A stretch of DNA of 64,000 bases, taken from Octopus sinensis (lineage: Eukaryota). The stretch covers positions 178,684,001-178,748,000 of the forward strand of contig NC_042998.1 in the NCBI RefSeq assembly GCF_006345805.1, in the 5' to 3' direction. The notes under the pieces are model-generated. The model ran no database searches. It saw only the letters and a program-made list of their open reading frames with translations, and was not told where the DNA came from. Numbering within the stretch: the first letter of the stretch is position 1; the number at the start of each line of letters is the position of its first letter. Below are positions 1-14,283 of this stretch, piece after piece. A program made the translations under genes and the position numbers.

Positions 1-196
1 ATAACCACACAAACACACAGAGACAGACAGACAGACAGATACGCACACACACTTATATATTTAAACCATGTTATTATATGAAAAAAAAAAAAGATACCAA
101 AATTAGTTTTATCTCTCCCACAGACTTTGCCCTTTAAACACTGAAGGAGATCTCCCACCCAAAAAAACTGCTGAAATAGCCCAGCTGTACCTGTCA

Positions 197-227
<31 letters not shown>

Positions 228-494
228 ACAACCCATACTGTGACCCACCTAACCACACTATTATGATAAAGAATAAGCAGCGAGTGGTGAGGGATGTTGT
301 ATTTATTACGTAACACTACTTGTGTTTTGCAGCTCCTTGACTCACTATTCTGTGTGTTATTTTGTTACAACTCAGAAGACCACGCCTTCCTCCCACTCAT
401 ATTTACTCATATTTGACACTTGCACATTACAGACACACAAACACACAGACACAGACATATGTGTCTGCATGTCCAAGTATATATATATATATAA

Positions 495-582
<88 letters not shown>

Positions 583-1476
583 ATATATATATATAGAGAG
601 AGAGAGAGGGAGAGAGAGAGAGAGATACAGTATCTGTGTATGTGTGTGTGTGTGTGTGTGTGTATACTGACACACACACACACATACATATATTTTCAGT
701 TAGTTGTCTGCAAGTCAGAAATAGGTATTCAATGAAAAATAGACCAGTTATATTTTAATACATATAAAATGGGTGATCAATTTTTTCCACGTGTAATATT
801 TGGTGTGAAACCTATGGTAACAACCTGACCAGTCATATGCCTTAACTTATACTGCTCAACAATATGGAAATAGATATATTTTGTTTTTGTGTAATGTCAT
901 CCTCATCACTCATTATTTTTGCTTTGTGGATCACTCACTCACATACAGTATGTCTCTATGTTTGGTGTAGCCCTCGTCAGCAGTTCCCCAGATTCTGGTC
1001 ACATAGGCAGACAGGAATTCATTTTCCGTCTTTAAACTTTCCACTCCTCAACTGATTCAAGTGCTTCAATCTTTTATAACACACACATCATCACTCAAAC
1101 CCATATGCACATAAATGCATGTACAACCAAACACACACACACAAACACACTGGCTCAGAAGCACCTATCTTTCTACCCACTCACTTACCAACAGCATAAA
1201 TATATACTTCACACACACACACACGTGCACACACTCATACACAATGAGATTCTAAAACCCTTTTGTATCACACTCACGATATGTCCCGAAACACACCAGC
1301 TAAGACTTACACATGCAACCCAAACCCTGTCACGCATACACTGATAGTTATAATGCACATATTCACATGCATACCCAACATAACACTACAACACAAAATG
1401 CATCTAAACACAGCTCATACACATGTATATGGATATGCACATGTATGCACAAATACACATATATATACATACGTAT

Positions 1477-2592
1477 ATCATCATCATCAACATTGATTAA
1501 CGTCTGTTTTCCATGCTGGTATGTGTTGGGTGGTTTGACTGAGGTCTGGAAAGCCAGCAGTTGCACCAGGCTCCAATCTGATCTGGCAATGTTTCTACAG
1601 CTGGATGCCCTTCCTAATGCCAACCACTCTGAGAGTGTAGTGAGTGCTTTTTATGTACCACTGGCACAGGAGCTAGTCAGGTGGACTTGGCATCGATCAC
1701 GCTCGGATAGTGCTTTTTACATGCCACCAGCACAGGAGCCAGTTAGAGGGCACTGGCATCGACTGCGTTCACATGATGCCTTTTACGTGCCACCAGCATG
1801 GGAGCTAGTCAGGCGAACTTGGCATTGATCACGTTCAGATGGTGCTTTTTACATGCCACTGGCACGAGAGCCAGTCAGGGACACTGGCATTGGCCACGTT
1901 CAGATGGTGCTTTTTACACACCACTGGAATGGGAGCCAGTCAGGGGGCACTGGCCACAGCTATGAATTTGGTTTTACTTGACTCAACAGGTCCTCTCAAG
2001 CATATCATATTGCCGGACACATCAAGGGTACTTTTAAATAGGCTGGACATGCAACACTGGCATCGGCCATGGCTGTGATCTCACTTTAATTGCTGAGTCT
2101 TCTCAACCACAGCATGTCTCCAAAGGTTTTGGTCTCCTGTTATTGCTTCTGTGAGACCTTACGTTCGAAGGTCATGCTTCACTACCTCATCCCATGTCTC
2201 CCTGGGTCTACCTCTTCCACAGGTTCCTTCCATAGTTAAGGGTGTGGCACTTCCTCACACAGCTGTCCTCATCCATATGTAACACATGACCATACCACTG
2301 CAGTCATCTCTCTTGCACACATTTGATGCTTCTTTCTCTCAAGGCGCTCACACTCTGTTGTGTGTGCACACTGACATTACACATCCAGTAGATCATACTA
2401 GCTTCATTTCTTTCAAGCCTACACATGTCCTCAGCAGTCATGGCCCCAGTTTTACTGCTGTGTAATATGGTAGTTCACACACATGCATCATACAGTGTAC
2501 CTTTCATCCTGAGCGAGAGGCCCTTATTTGCCAACAGAGGTAGGAGCTCACTGAACTTTGCCCAGGCTATTCTTATTCTATCCACTACACTC
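1477..2592 (-). mobile_element. RTE LINE 3' fragment with 66-bp tandem array in 3' UTR
   Basis: RIRIAWAKFSELLPLL...LYDACV and CGRGRPRETWDEVVK match the 47803 copy; tail ends in (GAT)n. Confidence 0.9.
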
Positions 2593-2599
2593 TCAGAGC

Positions 2600-2633
<34 letters not shown>

Positions 2634-3584
2634 GAGTGAATGTATATATTTGTTCATTAGTGTGTTCATGTTATGTGTATTTTTTTCAAGCTAGAATGAG
2701 TTAGGTGAATACATATTATTGTGGTGTTGTGTTACGACTGGATGCCTTTACCTATTTTTTCAAGTAAAGGAGTTTTCATTCCATTTATCTTTGAAAGTAC
2801 AGAACTTTGTGTGTGTGTGTGTGTGGTGTGTGTGTGTGTGCGCGTGTATGTGTGTGTGTACATGTGGATGTTTAGCTCTGCCTATGCTATAGATTCTATT
2901 ATTCTTGTTTGTCGACATGTATTTAGTTAGCATTGGCCAAATATCTTTAGGAGATTTTTTTTTTATGATTTTAGAATTTACTGTTAATTTTTTAAAACTT
3001 CTTAACTTTTATGAGGCTGAATGACTCTATTTTCATGAGATCCAGGTGTTCACAGGTGTGTTTTATTTTTGCACAATTATATAATTATATATGTGCGTGT
3101 TCATTCACTGGTTTGTAAACAATGGCTTCACTGATGGGTGTCATTTGTTTCTAGTTCTCAGGAGAAACATGTCTACACTGTTTATTATTTCACAGACTGG
3201 GAGATAGTTATCTTTTATCAAAACAGGTAGGGGTTGGTGTCAGGCAAATTCTGCTCCAAAATATGTGTCATCTGACTTATTGCAAGCATAGGAAAATAGA
3301 TGTTGACACAACAATTATGTTGATGATGATTATGGTATATATATATATATATATATAATAATATTAGGGAGTATAACTCCAAACTTACAGGGAAAAATTC
3401 AATTTAGTATTAAATCAAATTTCACAATATAAATATATAAGATATAAATTAGAGAAAAAAAACACTATTAAGCTATTCAATATATTTTATTTTTGATCTG
3501 TGATTTGGTTTACGTATATCATTGTTTGAATTTCATAATAGTGGTTCTTTTCTCTAATTTATATTGTATTATATTATATTATAT

Positions 3585-3630
<46 letters not shown>

Positions 3631-3819
3631 GTACAAGCTATAGTATATGGTCTTTCTTGGGTTTGTTAATGCCTAAAATAAATATAATTGCATGAATATT
3701 TTGATTAAATTGCTTTAAAAGGATGCTGAGAATATTCAGTTGGTCCAGGAACATTGATTCACTCAGAATTATGGCATCAAATTATTTCATAAAAAGTGTA
3801 TAATGTTTTTGCTTTGTAG

Positions 3820-4375
3820 GAAAAAAGAAAGGACCCTCGTATCTTCATGGGAAATGGCCTTGCTTGATATGCAGTAAAAGGAGTAGGTATAAACTTCATG
3901 TGCTGTGTCCAGTTGAAGTGATGGACACACAAGAGATAGCAGAATATCACAAGCAGACTCACAAAAGAATAAAGCTTCATACATGACAAATGCACTGGAG
4001 CATTATGTTGTACTGCTCCAGTAAACAGCACTGGAGCTTAAATGCCTTGATGGTTCACTAGAAGTAGTCAAAAGCTGTTGTTACCAGAGAGAGATGTAAT
4101 TAGAAAGGGAGGTAATTGCTCCAAAGGTATAGTAGTCAGGATAGGAACATGTTGCAAGAAGTTCAGGAAGATTTCACCACTGCTCGCAACAAAGCTCTTT
4201 TCTTTCAGAATGAAGGACAAATTGTAAGATGCTGATGTTAGAACTATGATGTTAGTGGCAGTGGAGACAAAGACATTATATGCAGAGGATTTAAGAAGAC
4301 TGAAAAGAAACAAAGCTAGCATACTCCACTGGATGTGCAATGTAAGTGTGCATGAACGACAAAGTACCAATGTCA
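3820..4375 (+). mobile_element. Decayed RTE fragment spanning the PHD region
   Basis: Degenerate GKWPCxIC.KGVG.N...WTHKR and later matches to the 47803 copy. Confidence 0.7.
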
Positions 4376-5713
4376 TCATCATCATCATCATCATTTAATG
4401 TCCGTTTTCCATGCTAGCATGGGTTGGACGGTTCGACTGGGGGTCTGGGAAGCCAGGAGGCTGCACCAGGCTCCAGTCTGATCTGGCAGTGTTTCTACAG
4501 CTGGATGTCTTTCCTAACACCAACCACTCCATGAGTGTAGTGGGTGTTTTTACATGCCACTGGCACAGGGGCCAGAGGAGGCTGGCAAACGGCCATGATC
4601 GGTTGCTGCTTTTACGTGTCACCGACACGGACGCCAGTCAGGCGGCGCTGAAAGAAAAACCGTGACTTGTGCTGGTATGGACATGATGCACATAAGGAGA
4701 GTCACCCACTTCTTTACATACATTGCTATACACAGATGTATTCTGAAATAGGTGCATATATTTTTCAAACACACATTTCGATGCTTACATATATGCACAC
4801 AGTTATGTAAATATTATGCATACTCAGAAGCTTTCATATTTATTAGACATGCAGTAAGCCTTCCTTATTCTTGTTTAGCCCCAGGTCAGCCTTCATTAAA
4901 GAGATTTCTAATCAAAGCTATTCCAGCCACGAATATCTTGTTTTATTTTCAGATACACTTTACTCTGGGATAAATTGTCCAATGTGTCTTTTTTAAAACA
5001 GTAGAATGTGGTATGAGAGGATTTAGCTGCTAGTTTTAGCACATTGAGTGATCATGTAGGGGTTTCTCCTTGGCTAGACTGAACCTTATTCTCTATTTAA
5101 AGATGGTAGTGTGTGTGGCTTGCGGGAAATTTAACTGCTTTTTCTAGCCAGTAAAGCGACCATAAAGATGTTTCCTCCTTTCAATTAAGTTCAAATCAGT
5201 ATCGATGGAAAGAATTTCCTAGCTGTTTACTTATTTTCTTATTCTTAGTGAGACACATCATTCAAATTTCATACAAAGAGAGAGAGAGAGAAACGAAAGT
5301 AAAAATGCAACCATTGCTTGTCTGAATTCAGAGTGTTGATACCTGTTGTAATGGTAAACCAAAAGAATAATACTTATATTCATAAGGAAGAAATTTTATT
5401 TAATAAATTTCAACTGCATTTTACATTACATCATTTCTGTACATCTTGGTTGTGTAAGGTTCTGAAATGATATAATCATTAACTCCATGAATAATGGGAA
5501 AACACTAATACATCTATTGAGATTTGACTATCAGGTGGTTTTGACTTAGAAAATACGACTGTGATGATTTTATAGCTGTAAAAAAATTGTACCTCGATTA
5601 GAAATTGTAAGGAGAAGGTAGATAACTCTACTTCATAGTTACTTCCCTTGTTACAGTTGCAACACTTGTATCATTTTCTATTATTAAAAGTTGTTTCAAG
5701 TTCTCGTATTCAT

Positions 5714-5960
5714 CTATTGGCAATCAATAGCCTGATTGCGACTGCATGGGAGAAAACAACGATCGACTGCAAACAATAACAGAGGGTTATAAAGAACGGA
5801 GTAAATGTGGTAGAATCAAAGTGGATGACACAAAAAAGGAGAAAAGTTTTGAGTAAGATCCACTACACAGATCTACCAGTAGTACGATGTTAATATATGT
5901 GGTCAGTGTTATGCCAGCACCATTGGTCTACTATCCTACGTAAGAGCAACTCATCGTTGA
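5714..5960 (+). mobile_element. C-terminal remnant of a BovB-like RTE from a different family
   Basis: WEKTTID...GVNVVE... and ICGQCYASTIGLLSYVRATHR* resemble the BovB/RTE terminal zinc-finger-like tail. Confidence 0.55.
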
Positions 5961-7726
5961 TCAAGTTCCTTCACTACATCCGAGGAAAAACAAAACACTG
6001 CTATTTACTCATACTCAGTTACGAGTGACAACCAAGAAGACTAAATTTTAGTAAACTACCATCAGTATAGCCCAGTGTTGCTCGGGCTTGTTTCGACCCT
6101 TTAGAATTGGAATTTTTGAAAAGTAAAAATTTTGCATTATGTAGCTTATTATTCTCTGTAAGCGAACATCTTTCTGGTTGAAATACACCGAAAACTGGCG
6201 ACAGAGCAGTCAAAAAGTCGTAAAAAATAGGGATTTTCATAGAAAAAAAAGCAACTTTTTGATGTAAATAATTTTTGGTGTTAACATGGTCCGATTTGAT
6301 TTTTCTCTTCTACAGAAGGAAGAGAAAATCTTCTATCATATTCTCAATTTTGGTCAACTTGCGCCGCAGGGTCTTGGAGGAGATAGTGTTAGTTGAAAGC
6401 TACCAAACCTGCCATACACAGACAACTTCAGCTTTATATATATATATTTAAATATATTTGGAGTGATATCCATATGTCGCTCTTCAACCACAGGTTAGTC
6501 CTGCCTTGAGTAGACACACAGTCATAGGCATTCCACTCATGACGATCTCGTCTTTTTAGAGGTTATGTAAGACTACGTTATCCAATGTAGTCGATGGTCA
6601 AACCTCTCAAGAGATATAAGTGATTTCAAGTTACTAATTAATTCAAAAACTATAGCATTTCAGAATTATGTGTAGCTTTCTTGTACTGCCAAGATGTACA
6701 GAAATAATGCAATAATGTGGCTAAAATTTATCTAAATAACCTGGCAATTAAGACTTTAAGTTTGCTTCACTTTTGTCATAAGTGTTAGCTCTTTGTAACC
6801 AATGGATGAGTTTTTAATTCTTGCTTCTGATTTTTTAAAATTTGAATTAATTCAAATCATTTCCTTATTTCGGGCGTTAGAGAGGTTTGGTTGCTATTTC
6901 TAGCAGTTCAAATGACCATGTAGAGTAGAAGATGAGCTCAGGTCGAGTCTACTAAGGGAGGTAACAAACCAACGACTAGAGAAAGAAAACCATTGCACAT
7001 GCCGTTATCATGAAATCGTTCCAAAACTTAGAAATATCTGTATTTTCTTCGCAAACCATCTCCTCAGCCTATACTTACACATTAATGGATTATTATGAAA
7101 TTATTCCCCATATTCCATGCCTAACAGAAGACAGTTTACTCTTACATGAAGTGGTTTATCATATTAGATACATGTTTTACACTAGTCTTGTCCATTTTAT
7201 GAATGAACAAAACTTTTGCTTAAAAGTATTCCAACCATGACCACCCTGACATTCTAGTGGTATCTACGACTACATTATCCAGAATATATTTTATTGAAGA
7301 TGAGAGAAGTGTGATTTTGAAGAAGATTTCGTTGCTATGTCCAGTTGCTCTACTGGCTATAATGTGAATCCTTTTTAGATTCCGCTGCTTATGATACTAG
7401 AAATGGGTAACTAGGATTTGTAGTGAGTGGCAGTTACTGCTGTTTCCTACATTTACCTTCATTGGTGATCTGTATCCCTGTGCATTGAATAAGTGAGGTC
7501 TTTTTTTTTTGTATCTTCTGTGTTCAAATCCCACTGAGTTTGACTTTCTTTTTATCCTTCTGGAGTTGATAAGATAAAGTGACAAGTAATTGGGGATGAT
7601 ATAATAATCATATATATATATATCTTCATCTGTTGTGGCATCATACCTAAATTAGAAATGATTATTGGTTGACAGCAAGCAAATGCAATCTTGATAGAAT
7701 GCTTATCTTTTATTGCTAACAATTAA

Positions 7727-7947
7727 AAATTGATTGTTATCGCCATATTAATATGGCAGTCTTATAGATATAAGACTAAAAGCTGTCGCTGATTAGCTCC
7801 ATGAGGCCATCGCCTTAAGATAGCTATTTGACACACAAACTGTATCCATTATAACCTTACTTTTTATCCTCATGGAGTTAATCAGCGACAGCTTTTAGTC
7901 TTATATCTATAAGACTGCCATATTAATATGGCGATAACAATTAATTT
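7727..7947. repeat. Near-perfect inverted repeat: 78-80 bp arms, 61-bp spacer
   Basis: 7729-7806 versus 7868-7945 has 2 mismatches. Confidence 0.95.
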
Positions 7948-8191
7948 CCAGTAACGCTGCCGTAATCTCTTTTAGAAAGACTTAGTAATTTTAATATTTC
8001 TATTATAATTAAAAATTGGTGCAGGCAAAAACACATAAGGGCAGATATCAAGATCATAAAACAGCACTGCTTTGTTAAGTAGTTATGACAATAGCTGTGT
8101 AGAATTTAACAGCCTTTCAGAACTCAGGATGTGGTGCATTAAGGCAAGAAAGAACTATTTTGAATGTAATCATAAAATATTTTAAACTATA

Positions 8192-8584
8192 GGCATAGAA
8201 GTGGCTGTGTGGTAAGTAGCTTGCTTATGAACCACGTGGTTCCGGGTTCAGTCCCACTGCGTGGCACCTTGGGCAAGTGTCTTCTACTATAGCCTCGGGC
8301 CGACCAAAGCCTTGTGAGTGGATTTGGTAGACGGAAACTGAAAGAAGCCCGTCGTATATATGTATATATATATATATGTGTGTATGTCTTTGTCCTCCCC
8401 CCTCAACATCACTTGACAAGCGATGCTGGTGTGTTTACATCCCCGTAACTTAGCAGTTCGGCAAAAGAGACCAATAGAATAAGTACTAGGCTTACAAAGA
8501 ATAAGTCCTGGGGTCGATTCGTTCAACTAAAAGGCGGTGCTCCAGCATGGCCACAGTCAAATGACTGAAACAAGTAAAAGAGTA
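8192..8584 (+). mobile_element. tRNA-derived SINE family A with internal TA/TG microsatellite; other copies at about 12526, 13875-14279(-), 30050-30205(-), 34233-34632, 41917-42328, 54725-55152
   Basis: A-box-like tggctgtgtggt, B-box-like ggttcagtccc, ccttgggcaagtgtctt core; many near-identical copies. Confidence 0.85.
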
Positions 8585-11500
8585 TATACAATATATAAAG
8601 TTTTATTTGTCAGTCCCCAAACTGATTTAAACGATGGATTTTAACATAAAATAAATAACAAAAAGCCAAGTTATTTGTGCAATATATTTTACTTTCTCTT
8701 ATATATATATTTCATCTTTTAAATGTTTGTTTAATTTCATCATTTGAACAATTTCTGAAATTCATTATTTCAAAGATCAATTTCATTTTTTCCCATGAAT
8801 AAATTCAGTAAAGATTTGATAAACCAGTCAGAGAGGATTAGGATCAACACAAACTAATAAATAATTGGCCTAGTTTGATTATTTTTTTTCTTTTACTTAA
8901 CTACCAGACAAAGTTTCCTTACCCTTAACATTGATGTATGATGCCTCAGGCATAGATATTTAACTATCAATTTAGCTTTAACGACCATCTAACTGTAGAT
9001 AGGCACAGTAGAGAATTGAAATAAATTTCTGCTATAAGTGGGAATGGTCATATCCTCTCCACATGAAAAAAATACCTGAAATAGATTAAGTAGAAAAGGT
9101 GGCTTTCAACCACTTAAAGCTGTGATGACTAGAGTAAGCTCCAGCAAACTATGACACACAGGAGTGACAATGCATGACAAGAAACACTTCAAACAAAAAC
9201 AAGTTATGTTTCAGGATTGTCATAAATAAAACAAAGAATGACAAGAATATACTTCTTGAAAGAGATATATCAATGGAAAAGAAGTTACTGAAAATATGAG
9301 TGTTCATCAGGTGACATTATTAGTATTTTCCCTAAACCTGCTGGTAATCAAAATTTAGTTTATTAATTTTCAATGCCTTTATGAGAATTTCAACATGCTG
9401 ATATAAGAGTTAGGTATACATACAAAAATTCCATAGAGAGATTGAAAAATAAAGGAAAACATATTGGTTGCATTCCTGATGACATTGTTGTTATATACAT
9501 GTTCAGGGATTTGAAAGGATGATTTATTAATTGTGTTATTGATAAAAATACTTGATTTTATTTTACATAGAGAAAAAAACCTCAAATGTGTTGAAGAAGT
9601 GAAACATACTTTGTAATGTTTATGCTTTTCTTAAAGAGATTAGTGATCTGTGTTAAGTGAACCATTTACAATGGAGAATGAAATTCAGATGTGAGACTGA
9701 CTTGATGAGATTGTGTTATATAGTGCTTGCCCAGAACTATAAACATTTATTTCTTACAACTAGCAGAGATTTATAAAGAAGTGGAAATAGGATGATGAAA
9801 TGTCCATACCTTTGCCAAAGAAAACAAAGACATGAAGTAAAATGGTTTCAACTAGGAACCATAACTATATTGCAAATGTTTGCAATGCATGTTATATTGT
9901 AATCAGACTGATGGAAGTGAAAATGAAAGTTTGTGTGAGTGATTTCCTTTTCTATATATGTAGTGTGGGTTTGGAAGCATCATCTGCAAGAGTGCTACTT
10001 ACAGAGCCACCTTGTTGGAAGTAAGATTTAATAAAGTTCTCTTCATGACACGGGACAACAGAAATGAGTTTACAGGCTGTGTAACATGTGGAGTATCATT
10101 TGTGGTCAATTTGGTCATATTGCAGGTGTTACACTGGTGAGCCCCTTTAAGTGCTGCAATTTATGTTCTTTACATGAACAGCAGTGAATGAACCATTTAG
10201 AGGTTTGGGGACTTTGCTTGTATAAAAGATGTGGAAGGAGCATTCTGTTTAAAAGGAAAAGAATTTAACATATTTTTCAATTTCAAATTTAACTCCAATT
10301 TCCTTTCTTCAATGCAATTGGAAAAAAAAAATTCTATATTTTTACTGTGAAATTAAGAATAAATTGAAATTATTTTTAGAGGAAAACTATAATCATTTTG
10401 TTATATATTGAGGTAGCAAAGAGATATATTTGTGAAACAAAAATTCCTCTTTAAACTATACATATCATTTTTACTGATAACTGATATAACAGGTTAAAAT
10501 TTCAGTCATATTTCTGAAAGGAATCATAGCAACATTTTCATGGATTTTTAAAATTTTCAAATTTCAACACCAAAATTACAGAACTTTTTTTTTGATTGGG
10601 CACAAGGCTAATTTTTCTTGATGTGAGATATATTCCACTGAATAAACCATGAAGTAATAAACAACAATGTCAGTTCAGCACAAATTAAACTTGGGAGTGA
10701 AGTATGATGAATACTAAATAATGCAGCAAGTCCAGTGCCCTACATCACTACCAACACACCAATATCTACATGAAAAATATTGAACATTGCTCAGACAGTT
10801 TTAGTTTTGCAGCTTTTCAAGAGAAAAAAAAAACAAAAAAAAACATTCAACTTGCCATGCTTGCAGAGTTGAACAAAATAATTGATGGATTAAAATATTT
10901 TTATTAATTAAGGATGTTGTGATTAATGACACAGTCTTAAATGATATGTACTTTGGATTTTTATATGTGCCACAATGTATACATACAGTGTACAGCATTT
11001 ATCTGTAATCCCATATTATGCTACATCACATAAATGTCATTCGCTAAATACATGTGTGTGTAGGTATATAGTGTAAATGAAATACAACTCTTCATCTATG
11101 AATATTTGCTTAAACAGTAGTGGGGAAAGCCTGTTTATGTATGAAATAATGACATAATGTTTATATATACCAATACCTTGGTACTTAAAGAGAAAAGAAA
11201 AGTTGACTATGTTATTAATATTTTGCTATACTCAGTATTCCTTGGTAATCTGTATGTTCAGTTGAAATGGTTAATGGCTCACCAGTCAACTAAATATTTA
11301 TCAATTATAAGTTATCATGTAGACAGCTAAAATAACAATACTGAGCTATTTTATCCATAGAGTTTTCTTCTCATAACCAATAACACAGGTAAAGCTAAAT
11401 CCAGTATTTATATGTATATTTTGTGCATCAAATCTGCAATATAAACAAACAAGCTGAAATTCATCAAAATAATAAACCCACCTGGTCAGCCAACATAGCA

Positions 11501-14283
11501 AATAACAATATCCTACAATACCTCCAACCACAACAGCAACAACAATTTTAAATATTAATGGCTCTTACAAAGTATCTGCACACTAAATTTTTTGACTTAA
11601 CTGCACCTTTTTGTACAGTGCCAATAAACACTTTCCACAAAACACCATGAGGCAATGAGATGAAATGTATCACTGAAGGCAGACTTCATTGATCCTATAC
11701 TAGCAAAAAATATAAATAAAGGACTTGAATGTCCCTTTAGCTACACACTTTGCAGTGTTATCAATGTATTTAACAAAGACAGTACATTATGTTTTAAAAC
11801 TTGAAATAAATCATCTTCAACTCTTTCTAAAAACATATTTTAACATTAAAAAAATCCTAGGCATAGCTTAATACAGAATTGCTGTGAATTGAGATATTAC
11901 TTAGTGTAAAACGAACCCCTTCAGTCATAAATAACCATGGGATTGCACCTAGAAAGTTCCCCTCCAAGGCACAAGTCCAGCCAAGGTTGTTCATGTAAGA
12001 CCAGCAGTCACCCATGCATACCAGCCTCTCCTCTTTGCGCCATTAATGTTATCCAAGGGAAAGGAGGGGAATTTGTTGGGGAGGTGTGAGAGGCTGGACC
12101 TGGCCAGTTTGATCATAAAACAGGAAGAATTTTGGGGCTGGATTTGGTCAGTTTAAATGCTAAAGACATTAAGACACTTGCAACATTACCACAAAATAGA
12201 GAAAGACTGAGATGCAGGGGCAGCCATGCACCCTCAAAAGCCTCACCTGGCACAGATGAGGCATGATGCAAAGGGGTTTTAAAAACTGAATTGGAAGCTG
12301 CAAACTACATATCAATTGATGCACTGGTCCCTAACGCCTCTCTAGACACAATTATGCAGAAAGATGATTGAAGGGAGGGTCACATGACTTAAATTCTAGA
12401 CTATAAAAAGACATTCTAGAAAACCACTAAAAAGCAACAACATTCTATAAAATAACATAATTGATGAAGAATCATTGGCATATCATTACTAACCAAAGTT
12501 TTAAACCCAACCAAATGAAATTCTAGGTGCGGGCATGGGTGTGGAAAGAAGTTTGCTTCCCAAATACACTGTTCTGGGTTCAGTCCCTTTGTGAAACACC
12601 TTGGGTAAGTGTCTTCAGCTATAGTCTCAGGGCAACCAAAGCCTTGTGAGTGGATATGGTAGACAGAAACTGAAAGAAGCCTGTCGCATATGAGTGTGTG
12701 TAAGTGAGTGCGACAATGTATGTTTGCATGCCCTTGATTTGACATCACATGATAGTTGTAAAAGAATTGTCACTGTCATACAAGCATTGTCATTCGTTTC
12801 CAATGTTCTATGAGAACATGTGGGAAATATTATCTTGTTTGGAAACAGGTGAGGTTTGGCTACAGAAAGGACATGTGGCAATAGAAAACTTACCTCATTA
12901 ACTCCATCTGACAACATACTAGCATGGAAAAAATGGATGTTAAAAGGATGATAGATAGATAAATGGATGGATGTTGATAGTAACTTCTAAGTTTCACCAT
13001 GGACCATCCTCATCCAAGTCTGATGAAGCCAGTACATGGGAAACTTCAAAATCCTTCAATCTTTCTCTTATAAATAAAATTTTTATTTTCTATTTAAACG
13101 TATTGAGTGACCTTTGCTTGACTTATTCTGTGTATGATCGTGACATTAAAAAACACACACATAGTGCTAAAAAGAGATCTAACACTCTCGAATGACTTCT
13201 GATGCATATCCACATGCTGAGACAGCACTCAGTCAGTGTTTTTATCCTTCATGTATTTGAATACCAACAGTTGTTGTTCACACCAATCTTTATCTGTCCC
13301 TGAAAGAAACTCATATGTCAAACAAACATGTACAGATGTTTACACAAACACATACACTTTCTAATGAGTATCATTACAATGAACTAGAATGCAATTAATG
13401 AGGCAATTTGATCTGCTAGAACCAGCAGTCTAATGTCCTTCAAATCATGCCCAATCTTTTTTCAACAAAGATTACATTGAACAAAACAGTCTATGATATA
13501 CAAAAAAAAAAGACAGGATGATCATTGTTGGACTGTCTGTTCAACCATAGCTGGCCTGGAGACTATACAACAACATATCATTACAGATGTATACAATCAT
13601 CAAATACTGTCATGTTTCTATAATATTTAGACACCCTACACACACACACCAGTGTTCTCAGTAGTCATATGAACACAGCTATAGGTAGAGATCTTCCTTC
13701 CCCACAACCATTATTAAAATACTAATACAGCTCTAGTCTACACAAATATGACAAGCTGTTTGAAAATATAAACTCATGAAATCCTAAAGGAGACTCTTGT
13801 TTTGTATTTAACAAATATTTTGTGGATACATACATTGTTTCCACAGGATTTTTTTTACTTGATATATATATATTTTATTCTTTTATACTATCACTTGTTT
13901 CAGCCATTTGACTACGGCCATGATGGAGCACCACCTTAAAGGGTTTTAGTCAAACAAATCAACCCCAGGACTTATTCTTTGTAAGCCTAATACTTATTCT
14001 ATCAGTCTCTTTTGCCAAACTGCTAAATTATAGGGATATAAACACACCAATATCAGTTGTTAAGTGATGGTCGGGGGACAGCAAATACAGACACATGCAT
14101 ATATATATACACATACACACATGACAAGCTTCTTTCAGTTTCCATCTACCAAATCTACTCACAAGGCTTGGTCGGCCTGAGGCTAAAGTAGAAGACACTT
14201 GCCCAAAGTGAATTGAGACTGAACCCGGAACCATGTGGTTAGAAGCAAGCTTCTTATCACACAGCCACACCTGTGCCTATATA

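Noticed and set aside
322-735. Long IY/YI/CV/TH-rich ORFs here and at 20702-21276, 46831-47621 and 56310-57212
   Set aside because: They are translations of TA/TG/CA microsatellites, not proteins.
1645-1955. CRISPR-like appearance of the 66-bp array
   Set aside because: Whole units are homologous with no unique spacers; it is a eukaryotic LINE UTR with no cas genes.
8225-8526. Recurrent ORFs reading IHSQGFGRPEAIVEDTCPRCHAVGLNPEP (also 30009, 41945, 54701)
   Set aside because: They are antisense readings of SINE family A.
9900-10140. Possible zinc-knuckle remnants (ICGQFGHIA)
   Set aside because: Too degenerate to assign.
13019-13052. CTGATGA-agccagtacatgg-GAAAC hammerhead-like string
   Set aside because: Stem II is weak and there is no stem I or III pairing; at best a badly decayed remnant.
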